Shown piece by piece: positions 28,537-38,024 of a stretch of 64,000 nucleotides of DNA. The notes beneath the pieces were generated by a model, which worked only from the letters and a program-made list of their open reading frames with translations, searched no databases and was not told the DNA's origin. Origin of the DNA: a virus. How positions within the stretch are numbered: the stretch's first letter is position 1; every line of letters begins with the position of its first letter. Position numbers and translations under genes: made by a program. The DNA is taken from positions 580-64,579 of IMG/VR virus record IMGVR_UViG_3300033068_002024; one strand, 5' to 3'.

Positions 28537-30266
28537 TGTTGATCCCACGCGATTACCAAGCATCCGGGCGCGCGGCGCTTTGGACCTTCTTCGAAGAGCA
28601 AGATGGGCATCCTATTGTTGCGATGCCAACCGGCACCGGCAAAAGCTTGGTCATAGCAGACTTCATTAAAAGCGCGTTCGATAAGAATCCAGCCTATGCG
28701 CGTTCCTTGATGATTACGCATGTCATGGAGCTCATTGACCAAAACTTTGACAAACTAATGCAGTACTGGCCAACGGCGCCGGCTGGCATATACTCGGCGG
28801 GGCTTGACCGCAAGGATGTCGGCTATCCAATTACTTATGCAGGTATTGCAAGTCTAAACCAATCCGATCTTTCGCTGTTTGGCAAAATCGATTTAATCTT
28901 CATCGATGAATGCCACTTGATTTCGCCTGATGAAGCCACCATGTATCGCAAGGTAATTGCATTCTTCATGGCACTGAATCCTTTCTTAAAAGTGATAGGA
29001 TTAACCGCTACGTATTGGAGGCAAGGGCAAGGCTTACTCACCGAAGGCGACAACGCGCTCTTCACTCATATCGCATTCAATGCCTGCGTCCCGGAAGCAT
29101 ACAATTGGTTCTTTGACCAAGGCTACTTGATTAAGCCGGTGCCAAAGAAAACTAAAACCGAATTTGATATCAACAAGCTTCGCACTCGTGCCGGGGATTA
29201 CCGCGAAGATGATATGCAGAAGCTGTTCGGCGATGATGCCCAAACAATCGCCGCTCTTGAAGAGATCATACAGGAAGGCGAAAACCGCGATTGCTGGCTC
29301 ATATTTGCCAGCGGCGTGGACCATGTTGAGCAAGTGTCGCGCCTCCTGAATTCTTACGGCATTCCCACTACCTTCGTGCATTCGAAGATGAAAGGGAAAT
29401 CCAAATCAAAAGAGCGCGAGCAGCGCATCAAAGATTTCAAAGCCGGCAAATACCGGTGCATGGTGAACAATGGGGTTTTAACCACAGGGTTCGATCATCC
29501 GCCCATCGACCTGATTGCCGTTCTGCGTTCGACCAAGGTTTCTTCGTTATGGGTGCAAATGGTTGGCCGAGGCACGCGCCCGGATTACGCGCCCGGGTTT
29601 GACCTTAGCACGCAAGCGGGTCGCCTGAGCGCTATCCTTGCAAGCAACAAGCACGATTGTCTTGTGCTTGATTTTGGCCAGAACCGACGCAGGCTTGGCC
29701 CAATCAATGATCCTGTTATCCCGCAAGCCAAAGGCAAGAAGCAGCCGGGCGATCCACCCACTAAGATTTGTCCTGTTTGCGCGAGCTATGTATTTGCCGG
29801 AGCCAAGTTCTGCGAATTCTGCGGCCACGAATTCCCGCGCCACTTGAATATAGTAGAAGGCGCCGAAACCACTGAGCTTGTTAAGCCGAAAGATCCCGAC
29901 GAGCAAATGCCGCTCAATGTCCCCATATTTACGGTGGACCGGATTACCTATGACCGTAAGTTTCAAACTGGCAAGCCGCCGAGCATAAAGGTAAGCTATT
30001 ACTGCGGCATGCGGAAGTTCCAAGAATTCGTGTGCCTAGAGCATCCCGGCTACGCTGGCACCAAAGCTCGCAACTGGTGGGCCGAGCGAAGTAATGCCTG
30101 TACCCCGGCTACCACTTCCGATGCAATGGCTCTGCTAGATACGCTTAAAAAGCCAGTGCAAATTATGGTTTGGATCAAAAAAAGCGAGAACAAAATCGTA
30201 GGTTACGATTTCACTGGGCATGAATTTTACAAACCTGATGAGGATTTGAAAGATGCCAGCGCATGA
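28536..30266 (+). CDS. SF2 DNA helicase (RadD/YejH-like) with Zn ribbon
   Basis: PTGTGKS, DECH, GLTAT, QMVGRGTR, CPVC..CEFC. Confidence 0.93.
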   Translation: MLIPRDYQASGRAALWTFFEEQDGHPIVAMPTGTGKSLVIADFIKSAFDKNPAYARSLMITHVMELIDQNFDKLMQYWPTAPAGIYSAGLDRKDVGYPITYAGIASLNQSDLSLFGKIDLIFIDECHLISPDEATMYRKVIAFFMALNPFLKVIGLTATYWRQGQGLLTEGDNALFTHIAFNACVPEAYNWFFDQGYLIKPVPKKTKTEFDINKLRTRAGDYREDDMQKLFGDDAQTIAALEEIIQEGENRDCWLIFASGVDHVEQVSRLLNSYGIPTTFVHSKMKGKSKSKEREQRIKDFKAGKYRCMVNNGVLTTGFDHPPIDLIAVLRSTKVSSLWVQMVGRGTRPDYAPGFDLSTQAGRLSAILASNKHDCLVLDFGQNRRRLGPINDPVIPQAKGKKQPGDPPTKICPVCASYVFAGAKFCEFCGHEFPRHLNIVEGAETTELVKPKDPDEQMPLNVPIFTVDRITYDRKFQTGKPPSIKVSYYCGMRKFQEFVCLEHPGYAGTKARNWWAERSNACTPATTSDAMALLDTLKKPVQIMVWIKKSENKIVGYDFTGHEFYKPDEDLKDASA

Positions 30267-30468
30267 ATGGTTTAATATTGAAAAGGTAAGCAAGCCTGCG
30301 CGAGAGGCGCTACATCAGTACTTAATCCAAACGCAAGCGGTGCAAAGTTGCCTTAATTGCGAGTTTAGCGACCAAGAAAATAATATTTGCACTAGATATA
30401 ATGTTCCGCCGCCAATGAAAGTAGCAGTTTATGGATGCGAAGGTTGGGAAGGCGAAATCCCTTTTTGA
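30253..30468 (+). CDS. Small Cys-rich protein
   Basis: CLNC...C...C; ends in GEIPF. Confidence 0.6.
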   Translation: MPAHEWFNIEKVSKPAREALHQYLIQTQAVQSCLNCEFSDQENNICTRYNVPPPMKVAVYGCEGWEGEIPF

Positions 30469-30568
30469 TCTAAACGAGCCTTGGTTTCCCATTCGTTCAG
30501 GGTTAGGATTGAATTGTGCTGCTAATTAAGGTAGCGCGACTAACCCTTAACGAAATGGAGAAATTCCC

Positions 30569-31003
30569 ATGATCCTCGCAATCTTTGATGTATCCGGAAA
30601 ACGAGTGGTGGAAGTTTCCGCTATTTCCGGGGCTCGCGATGTGGCAGAAAACAACAATCAAACCAACATGGAGGAACTTGCCAAGTTTTTCGTGGAGCTC
30701 ACCGGATCTGAGCGGAAATTCAAATCGGTGGCAGCAATAAAGCAAGCCATCGGGCGAGCGTTGACAGCGAAGGCTTTCGGCGCAGAAGAAAAGGCTGCCA
30801 CGGCTGGTAACAAGACCGGAGCAGGCCCCAGAAAGGTCAATGGCCCCGTAGCCACTGTGCGACGCATTTGTGGCCAAATGAAAGGCCGTCCGCGCTGGGA
30901 GGTAATCGAGGCATGCGCGCGGGCAGGCGTTAAACGCTCTACGGCGGCCACGCAATATCAGCACAACAAAGAGGTGATCCCACCAATCCCTCAAACCCAC
31001 TAG
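30569..31003 (+). CDS. Paralog family member 1 (HTH-like domain)
   Basis: R.EVIEAC...GV..STAATQY. Confidence 0.7.
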   Translation: MILAIFDVSGKRVVEVSAISGARDVAENNNQTNMEELAKFFVELTGSERKFKSVAAIKQAIGRALTAKAFGAEEKAATAGNKTGAGPRKVNGPVATVRRICGQMKGRPRWEVIEACARAGVKRSTAATQYQHNKEVIPPIPQTH

Positions 31004-31024
31004 TGGTGCCTTTATATAGGTCCC

Positions 31025-31051
31025 AAGCCCCGCTTCGGCGGGGTTCTTTTT
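31025..31051 (+). terminator. Rho-independent terminator
   Basis: GCCCCGC-ttcg-GCGGGGT-TCTTTTT. Confidence 0.8.
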
Positions 31052-31099
31052 GCCTCACATTTCAGTCTATCAAAGTATAAGCCGTTCTGCAAAAATTGG

Positions 31100-31127
31100 T
31101 TGATACCCGATCAGGCTCCCCCTATAA
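31100..31127 (+). promoter_or_regulatory. Sigma70-like promoter
   Basis: TTGATA-N16-TATAAT. Confidence 0.6.
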
Positions 31128-31189
31128 TTTCAACATGGCTAGGGGGAAAGGCCCCCAGCCAACCAAACTCAAACATAGGACGGCAGACC

Positions 31190-31897
31190 ATGAAAACTTA
31201 CACCACTCGCTCCAATGCAAAACGCGCCGCTCAATCGCTGGCCAAAAAATTCTCCTTCATCGCTGAAGCTGGCTCCATCCCCAGCGATAGCAATGAGGCA
31301 TTCCTCCCGCACGTTAAAGTGAATTGCCTTCGCGCAGCAGTGCCCGCAGAGCTGTTCGATGTTGCGGTTGTTGATCCGGTAGATGCGGATGCTTGGGCCT
31401 TGGAGCTTCAGCAAATTGAAGTTGCAATGAATGCGTCGGTCGGCGCAGTTGAAGAAACTGACCCGGCAGCAATCGAAGAAGCAATCGCCGAAAGCCAAAG
31501 CGCAGATACCGATCCGGCGCTGTATCCGGCTCCTGAAGAAGATATCGAAGCCGATAATCGCCGCGAAGTGGTATATAACGAGGCTGGCGACCCGGTTGAT
31601 CCGCTGGTTCAGCAAAAATTCGACGAAATGAAGGCTGAAGACCAAGCCAAGGCAAACGAGGAAGACCGGGTTGTTGTGCCGGACGGCATTATCCACAAGA
31701 GCCAAATCGAAAACCCGTGCCGCGTGGTTTGGGAAATCGCTGGCCGGATGCTTGCCGAAAACCCGAGCGTTAAACGCAAGGACGTGCTCGCAGCCTGCAC
31801 CGCCGCCGGCATTGCTTACTACACCGCCCGCACCCAATACCAGAGCTACCTCACTGCGGTTAAGGCGATGAACAATGCCGCTGCTGCGAAAAAATAG
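31190..31897 (+). CDS. Paralog family member 2
   Basis: VWEIA...RKDVLAAC...GI...TARTQY; acidic middle region. Confidence 0.75.
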   Translation: MKTYTTRSNAKRAAQSLAKKFSFIAEAGSIPSDSNEAFLPHVKVNCLRAAVPAELFDVAVVDPVDADAWALELQQIEVAMNASVGAVEETDPAAIEEAIAESQSADTDPALYPAPEEDIEADNRREVVYNEAGDPVDPLVQQKFDEMKAEDQAKANEEDRVVVPDGIIHKSQIENPCRVVWEIAGRMLAENPSVKRKDVLAACTAAGIAYYTARTQYQSYLTAVKAMNNAAAAKK

Positions 31898-32065
31898 GAA
31901 GCGCCGCCCGGAGTCCGTCCCCAAAGTCAAAAAGGCTTTGGTGGGCGGGCCTTGGCACAACGAGCAGGTCTGGCTAACTAATGGTCATACCTTAACCTTT
32001 CGAATTGGACATAAATGGCGAGGGCGCTACGAGAATTGGGAATGGCGCCCCATGTGAGATGAATC

Positions 32066-32671
32066 ATGGCTACATTATACGCAGTTATCGATTTAACCAA
32101 CGTCAAGGAGTCCAAAATCCTTCACGTTTGCGATATGGAGCGTGCGATCCATTGGGGCCGCATCTATGCCGGGCAAGGCCGCAAGGTAATAGCTCCGGCA
32201 CTTGCTGGCCGGGCCTTCACGGCTCTGGAATCAACGCTCGCGCTTCAGTACCTCTACTGGAATACCTTCGCCAAAACGCCGCCCGAAGATTTTGGCGAAC
32301 TGGTTAAAGCGTGCAAAGAAGCCGCTTTGGCGCTGCCGGCCGACACTACTGATATACGCTGGCTGGAACGTGAGGGTGAACGCTATGCAGCGGCCCCCAC
32401 GCAATATGACGAGGCCGGGTTGCCCATAAGCAAGCCCCGCGCCCCAGCGGCCCCAAGGGCGCCCGGCGAGCCTGCTGAACGGCCGCGCAATGCCGGGGCC
32501 ACACAAAAGGTTTGGGACGTTGCGGATGCAATGAAGGTGAGCAATAATGGGCAAATCCCGGAGCGCAAGCTGGTAATCGAAGAATGCGTGCGCCAAGGGA
32601 TCAACGCGGCTACGGCCAGCACCCAATTCAGCAAATGGAAAAACCATCATGTACGTCCTGATCAACTGTGA
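32066..32671 (+). CDS. Paralog family member 3
   Basis: RP..AGAT.KVWDVAD...GINAATASTQFSKW. Confidence 0.75.
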   Translation: MATLYAVIDLTNVKESKILHVCDMERAIHWGRIYAGQGRKVIAPALAGRAFTALESTLALQYLYWNTFAKTPPEDFGELVKACKEAALALPADTTDIRWLEREGERYAAAPTQYDEAGLPISKPRAPAAPRAPGEPAERPRNAGATQKVWDVADAMKVSNNGQIPERKLVIEECVRQGINAATASTQFSKWKNHHVRPDQL

Positions 32672-33209
32672 CGCCATGCGGTTTGTAGCCCGAGGGGACT
32701 ATCGTGCCCTCGCGGCTCAAGCCGATGCCAAGATGCCCGAAGCGTCCTATCTTATAGGGCCTGCGGACCAGCCCAGCACTTATCGCGACTTCACCGAAGC
32801 CGAGCTGAAGCTGCTGTACGATAACACCATGGAAGGCGTGCCACCTATCCCGGGCGCGCCCAAGCCCACCAAGTGGGAGCTGCCAAAGCTATGCCTTGCG
32901 CTGGCCACCAATGCGCCGCTAACCGGTTTCAAGGTGCCGCTTGAATCTCAGCATGCGGCATACCAGCCCCCTGTGGATGAGCAAGACGCTCGCTGGACTC
33001 CTCCTGCGCCGAAGGCTACCTTGCGGCCCAAGGCGGGCACCGCTACTGCCAAAGTATGGGAGATTGCCGATGCTCAGCGCGCCGCCGATCCAACTGCTGA
33101 TTTTAACGGTAAGGAATTTCGCGTTGCAGTAGTAACGCTTTGCGAAAAGGAAGGGATAAATAGTTCTACCGCTCAGGTTCAGCTGAGCAAATGGCGAAAG
33201 GAACAATAA
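32649..33209 (+). CDS. Paralog family member 4
   Basis: RPKAGTATAKVWEIAD...GINSSTAQVQLSKW. Confidence 0.75.
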   Translation: MYVLINCDAMRFVARGDYRALAAQADAKMPEASYLIGPADQPSTYRDFTEAELKLLYDNTMEGVPPIPGAPKPTKWELPKLCLALATNAPLTGFKVPLESQHAAYQPPVDEQDARWTPPAPKATLRPKAGTATAKVWEIADAQRAADPTADFNGKEFRVAVVTLCEKEGINSSTAQVQLSKWRKEQ

Positions 33210-33315
33210 AGCTACAGAAAGCTGTTGCAAAGAGTAGTTCCCAACATTAATATTGCACTTGCTCGTGCCTACACACGAATTCAAACAAACCTGCTGACCG
33301 CACCGGAGAAATATC

Positions 33316-33711
33316 ATGCCCGAAGATCAAGCTCAAACCGCCGCACCCGTAGCCGAAAAACCCGCGAAAATCGAACAGAACGGCGTCGTTCGCCCGAAAG
33401 CCGGCACCGCTACTGCCCGTATCTGGGACATTGCCGATGCTCTTTCCGCCGCTGCCGGCCACCCGACCGCCCGCGCTCCGGTGCTGGAAAAAGCCAAAGA
33501 AGAAGGTCTGAACCAAGCTACCGCCGCAACTCAATTCGGCCGCTGGTGCAAGTTCTACGGCGTCAAGCCCGAGCCGAAACCGAAAGTCGAAAAGCCGAAG
33601 AAAGAAAAGGCTGAAGCCGCCCCGAGCCCGGCACCCGCCGAGGCTCCGGCACCCGCCGAGGCTCCGGCAGCCGAAGCCCCGAGCCCGGCACCCGTCGAAG
33701 CTCAGGCATAA
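33316..33711 (+). CDS. Paralog family member 5
   Basis: RPKAGTATARIWDIAD...GLNQATAATQFGRW; Pro/Ala/Glu tail. Confidence 0.8.
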   Translation: MPEDQAQTAAPVAEKPAKIEQNGVVRPKAGTATARIWDIADALSAAAGHPTARAPVLEKAKEEGLNQATAATQFGRWCKFYGVKPEPKPKVEKPKKEKAEAAPSPAPAEAPAPAEAPAAEAPSPAPVEAQA

Positions 33712-33743
33712 GACATCCAGGTCGGCTCCGGTCGATGTAAGAC

Positions 33744-33768
33744 AAAAGGGCGCTTCGGCGCCCTTTTT
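33744..33768 (+). terminator. Rho-independent (bidirectional) terminator
   Basis: AAAAGGGCGC-ttcg-GCGCCCTTTTT. Confidence 0.85.
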
Positions 33769-33791
33769 GTTGCCTCTGGTTCAAGCGGGTA

Positions 33792-33820
33792 TTGCATGTG
33801 CAAACCTAACCAAATATAAT
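33792..33820 (+). promoter_or_regulatory. Sigma70-like promoter of the que/dpd operon
   Basis: TTGCAT-N17-TATAAT. Confidence 0.65.
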
Positions 33821-33845
33821 AAGGTCACCCAATACGGAGAAAATC

Positions 33846-34547
33846 ATGAATAATATCCAGCCAGCCGAAAAACAGGAACATTGCTCCAACGGGACGCTGG
33901 ACGTCTTCAAGATTTTTCCAACCATTCAGGGAGAAGGTCCGTTCGCCGGCGAAAGAGCTATTTTCGTGCGGCTGGCCGGTTGTAACCTTGCCTGCCCGCT
34001 TTGCGATACCGATTATACTTCCCATCGTAATTTGATAAGCCCAAAGGATCTTATACAGATCCTGAAAATGCATAGCTCAATGCGACGCGAAGAATTGATA
34101 GTGATTACTGGCGGAGAGCCATTCCGGCAAAACATTGCCACCGCTATCGAAATGCTTCTCGATGCAGGCTTCCGCGTGCAAATCGAAACTAATGGCACAC
34201 TGTTCCAAGAGCTGCCATATGACAATCCGAACCTGACGATAGTGTGCAGCCCGAAAACGGGATCAGTGCATCGCAAGCTTCAACCTCACATTGCCGCCTA
34301 CAAATACGTTGGGAAGAGCGACAATATATCCACAGTGGATGGCCTGCCCATGACCGCCCTTGACCATACCGCGGTGCCAAAGCTGGCTCGGCCGCACGCA
34401 GGCTTCGAAGGGACTGTTTACTTACAGCCAGCAGACGAGCAGGACGCCATCAAAAACGAGCAAAATACCAAGGCTATTGTCGATAGCGTTATGCGCTACG
34501 GGCACCGGCTTTGCCTTCAAATGCACAAGCAGATCGGAGTTGAATAA
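33846..34547 (+). CDS. queE: 7-carboxy-7-deazaguanine synthase (radical SAM)
   Basis: IFPTIQGEG, FVRLAGCNLACPLCDT, ITGGEP, IETNGT, CSPK, LQMHK. Confidence 0.95.
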   Translation: MNNIQPAEKQEHCSNGTLDVFKIFPTIQGEGPFAGERAIFVRLAGCNLACPLCDTDYTSHRNLISPKDLIQILKMHSSMRREELIVITGGEPFRQNIATAIEMLLDAGFRVQIETNGTLFQELPYDNPNLTIVCSPKTGSVHRKLQPHIAAYKYVGKSDNISTVDGLPMTALDHTAVPKLARPHAGFEGTVYLQPADEQDAIKNEQNTKAIVDSVMRYGHRLCLQMHKQIGVE

Positions 34548-35356
34548 TGAAACGAGCTAAAGCACTGGTGGTTCTTTCCGGCGGACAGGATAGCGTAACG
34601 TGCCTGTTTCTGGCCTTGCGCACCTTTGGCGAGGTGTATGCGATTACTTTCGATTATGGCCAACGCCATAAAATCGAAATCGAAGCAGCGATCAAAGTTG
34701 CCCAGATGGCGGGCCTTGGCGACCGGCACAAGATCGTCAATATCCCCGACATTCTCGTCAGCACTTCGCCGCTCACTTCCGCCGCTCCCCTCGAGCAATA
34801 CGAAAATGCCCAGCAAATGGAAGAAGTCATCGGCGATCGTGTGGAGCTCACCTTTGTTCCCATGCGAAACATGCTGTTCCTGACCATTGCCATGAATCAT
34901 GCCGTGGCGCTGGGCTGCGATCATGTCGTTACCGGCATCTGCCAAGAAGACAACGCCAACTATCCGGACTGCCGCGCAGAGTTTAAAAAGGCATTCCAGA
35001 ACACGGCAAACCTTGCGCTTGGCACCGAAGGGCAAGGCAACAACCCGGGACGCTTCGAAATACACGCGCCGCTTATGTACTGCGACAAGGCTCGCACCGT
35101 CAAGCTGGCTGCCGAAATTCCGGAATGCTGGCATGCGCTTGCCTACAGCCATACCAGCTACGATGGCACATTCCCGCCGACAGACATGAACCATGCCAAT
35201 GTGTTGCGCGCTCAAGGCTTCGAAGACGCCGGCCTGCCCGACCCGCTGGTAGTGCGCGCATGGTACGAAGGCAAAATGCCGCTGCCGGTAACCGCCAACT
35301 ACCAAAACCAAGGCGAGCTCGACAAAATCCTTGAAATGCTTTCCGGGGGTGCGTGA
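34547..35356 (+). CDS. queC: 7-cyano-7-deazaguanine synthase-like protein lacking the Zn-binding cysteines
   Basis: VLSGGQDS, FDYGQRH, TFVPMRN, YPDCR. Confidence 0.9.
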   Translation: MKRAKALVVLSGGQDSVTCLFLALRTFGEVYAITFDYGQRHKIEIEAAIKVAQMAGLGDRHKIVNIPDILVSTSPLTSAAPLEQYENAQQMEEVIGDRVELTFVPMRNMLFLTIAMNHAVALGCDHVVTGICQEDNANYPDCRAEFKKAFQNTANLALGTEGQGNNPGRFEIHAPLMYCDKARTVKLAAEIPECWHALAYSHTSYDGTFPPTDMNHANVLRAQGFEDAGLPDPLVVRAWYEGKMPLPVTANYQNQGELDKILEMLSGGA

Positions 35357-35775
35357 TGCCAATAACCGCTGAGCGCTATCACGATATCTCCTGTGGTCAT
35401 CGGGTGCATGGGCATGAGTCCAAATGCGCCAATTTGCACGGCCACAACTACCGCATTCATTTCGAGGTTGATTCCCCGGAGCTGGATGCGGTAGGCCGGG
35501 TGCTGGACTTCTCGGTTATCAAATCGCACCTGTGTATGTGGTTGGAAGACAACTGGGATCATAAGTTTTTGGTCTGGGCTGAAGATCCCATGCACAGCTA
35601 TCTCAAAGATATTGATAATGAGGTAGTGGTAGTACCTTTCAACCCGACCGCCGAAAACATGGCAAAGTATCTGGTTGAAGTGGTGGCGCCTTACCAGCTT
35701 ACCGGCACCGGCGCCCGCCTGATTCGCTGCACTATCGAAGAAACCCGGAAGTGCTCCGCCTCCTATAAAGTTTAA
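35353..35775 (+). CDS. queD: 6-carboxy-5,6,7,8-tetrahydropterin synthase
   Basis: CGHRV, C.NLHGHNY, DHKFL, NPTAENMA, EET. Confidence 0.93.
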   Translation: MMPITAERYHDISCGHRVHGHESKCANLHGHNYRIHFEVDSPELDAVGRVLDFSVIKSHLCMWLEDNWDHKFLVWAEDPMHSYLKDIDNEVVVVPFNPTAENMAKYLVEVVAPYQLTGTGARLIRCTIEETRKCSASYKV

Positions 35776-35784
35776 GGATCAGAC

Positions 35785-36819
35785 ATGTTGAAGTTGACTG
35801 TTCTTCAGGTTATGGGTTTGGCTACCACTTTGGCCAAGGAAATGAACGACATATATCGCGGGCGCTATGTTGGCCCGCCGAAGGCATTTGCAATTCCCCG
35901 TGGCGGGGTGCCGGCCTTATACGCGCTCATTGCAGCGGGCGCAAACCTGATAGCGGTTGACAGTCCGCACGACGCAGATATTTTCGTCGATGACATTATT
36001 GATTCTGGCTCCACCATGGAACACTGGAGCGACGAATACCCCGGCAAGGCGTTCTATGCGCTCGTCGATAAAACTGATCCTCAAAGCCCGTTCCGGGAAA
36101 AATGGGTGGTGTTTCCTTGGGAAAATGGCAACGAAGAACGCAGCGAAGACGACACGATCGTTGGCACTATTACCAACCGTATCAAAGCAGCCGGCGAACC
36201 CTTTTTTGCCAACGATAACATCGCACGCTTCATTCATGGCGAGCTGGAATTAAGCCTGCTGGAAAACGAACTGGAAAGTCGCATTGGTCGGGTGTTGGAA
36301 GGCTTGGTAATCGATACCGCCAATGACCACAATACGCAGGATTCCGCTCGCCGCATCGCCAAGATGTATTTACATGAAGTGTTTAGTGGTCGGTATGTGG
36401 TGCCGCCAGAAGTAACTTCGTTCCCGAATGCAAAAGCGCTGGACGAGATGTATACCGTTGGTCCAATATCCGTTCGCTCGCATTGCGCCCATCATTTCTT
36501 GCCAGTGACTGGTCAGTGCTGGGTCGGCGTTGTGCCCGGCGAACGCGTGATTGGCCTGTCCAAGTTCAATCGGCTGGTCGATTGGGTGTGCAGCCGCCCG
36601 CAGATACAAGAAGAAATGACCATGCAAGTGGCCGATCTGCTGGATGGCATCGTGCGTCCGGAGGGCCTTGCAGTGTTTATCAAAGCGCATCATGGCTGCA
36701 TGACCTGCCGAGGCGTGCGCGAATCCACCGAGGCAGAAATGAATACCTCGGTAATGCGCGGCGTATTCCGGGACAAGCCTGAAGCGAGGGCTGAATTCTT
36801 CAACCTGATCAAAAAGTAA
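35785..36819 (+). CDS. folE: Purine phosphoribosyltransferase-like domain fused to GTP cyclohydrolase I
   Basis: N-terminus: IPRGG, VDDIIDSGST, WVVFPWE. C-terminus: CAHHFLP, GLSKFNR, RPQIQE, HGCMTCRGV. Confidence 0.9.
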   Translation: MLKLTVLQVMGLATTLAKEMNDIYRGRYVGPPKAFAIPRGGVPALYALIAAGANLIAVDSPHDADIFVDDIIDSGSTMEHWSDEYPGKAFYALVDKTDPQSPFREKWVVFPWENGNEERSEDDTIVGTITNRIKAAGEPFFANDNIARFIHGELELSLLENELESRIGRVLEGLVIDTANDHNTQDSARRIAKMYLHEVFSGRYVVPPEVTSFPNAKALDEMYTVGPISVRSHCAHHFLPVTGQCWVGVVPGERVIGLSKFNRLVDWVCSRPQIQEEMTMQVADLLDGIVRPEGLAVFIKAHHGCMTCRGVRESTEAEMNTSVMRGVFRDKPEARAEFFNLIKK

Positions 36820-36825
36820 AGCGCC

Positions 36826-37752
36826 ATGAAGATCTTTATGGCGGGCTGCTTTACCAACGGCATAGCTGACGTTAACGGCAACTTGTTTACCAAGCTGACG
36901 GATATTGAGCGGAAGATATGCCAAGCAGTTCCGCATCATTTGGAAAGCTACCACTACATTCATAACCCGCGCAAAGTTGAAATGATTCGCGCTAACGGCA
37001 AACAGGTGTTCCTTGACTCGGGAGCGTTCTCCGCCTTCACCAAAGGAGTTGAAATTGACCTCCCGGGATATTGTAAATACATTCAAGACAATGAAGACAT
37101 TATCCTCCGCGATGGGGGAGATCTTGTTGCGTCCGTGCTGGACGGTATTGGAGACCCGCTCAAGACATGGCGAAATCAGTTGGCTATGGAAAAGCTCGGA
37201 GTTCGCCCTCTCCCCTGCTTTCACTATGGGGAAGACGAACGCTACCTTGAATGGTATATTGAGCGATACGAATACATCACCATTGGCGGAATGGTGCCGA
37301 TCGCTAAGCCCCAGCTATACTACTGGCTTGATACAATATGGGAAAAATATCTCACTGACGGCTCAGGCAGACCTCGGTTAAAGGTGCATGGCTTCGGCCT
37401 CACTACCGAAGGGCTCATGGCTCGCTATCCTTGGTGGAGCGTCGATAGCTCGTCATGGGTTCAGAGCGCGTCCAACGGCAGTATTCTAATGCCTAGCCGT
37501 GGCTTCAAGACGGTTAGCGTTTCGGATAATTCTCCAGCGCGCCGCCAATTCAATCAGCATATCAATACCATTTCCGAAACCGAGCGCACAGTTCTGGTTC
37601 AACAATTGGAAAAGGAAGGCTTCTCATTGGACCGCTTACAGCGGGAATACGTTTCGCGCTGGGTGTATAATTTGCACGCTTACCAAGAAATGGGCAAGAT
37701 ATACAACAATCCCGATCCCCGTTACGAAGTTGACCAACAGGCGCTCTTCTAA
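36826..37752 (+). CDS. dpdA: TGT-fold DNA 7-deazaguanine transglycosylase (DpdA-like)
   Basis: FLDSGAFS, LDGIGD, PCFHYGE, IGGMVP, VHGFG, SVDSSSW; in an operon with queE/C/D and folE. Confidence 0.8.
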   Translation: MKIFMAGCFTNGIADVNGNLFTKLTDIERKICQAVPHHLESYHYIHNPRKVEMIRANGKQVFLDSGAFSAFTKGVEIDLPGYCKYIQDNEDIILRDGGDLVASVLDGIGDPLKTWRNQLAMEKLGVRPLPCFHYGEDERYLEWYIERYEYITIGGMVPIAKPQLYYWLDTIWEKYLTDGSGRPRLKVHGFGLTTEGLMARYPWWSVDSSSWVQSASNGSILMPSRGFKTVSVSDNSPARRQFNQHINTISETERTVLVQQLEKEGFSLDRLQREYVSRWVYNLHAYQEMGKIYNNPDPRYEVDQQALF

Positions 37753-38024
37753 TGAAAAAGCATCTTGTTTATGATTTGTATGGCGCGCATCTCGATTCGA
37801 ATGAAATTCGCCATGCTCAGATAGTCGTGAAAGAGCTCGGAATAACTTACCAGCACTCAACGCCGCAATCTATGAATGATACGTGGATGTTCTGGAATTG
37901 CGAAAACGTTCCGGAGCAATTGCCACCATACCTTAAAGTTAAAGATCTAGATCCTATGGAGTGGATTGGATACGGCCTGAGCAAGGAAAACGCCATTGCT
38001 ATTCAGGAAGGCCAAAATGCTTGA
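37752..38024 (+). CDS. Hypothetical protein
   Basis: 90-aa ORF coupled by TAATG. Confidence 0.6.
   Translation: MKKHLVYDLYGAHLDSNEIRHAQIVVKELGITYQHSTPQSMNDTWMFWNCENVPEQLPPYLKVKDLDPMEWIGYGLSKENAIAIQEGQNA

Noticed and set aside
34517-37224. Minus-strand ORFs of 281 and 284 aa
   Set aside because: Shadows of queC, folE and dpdA.
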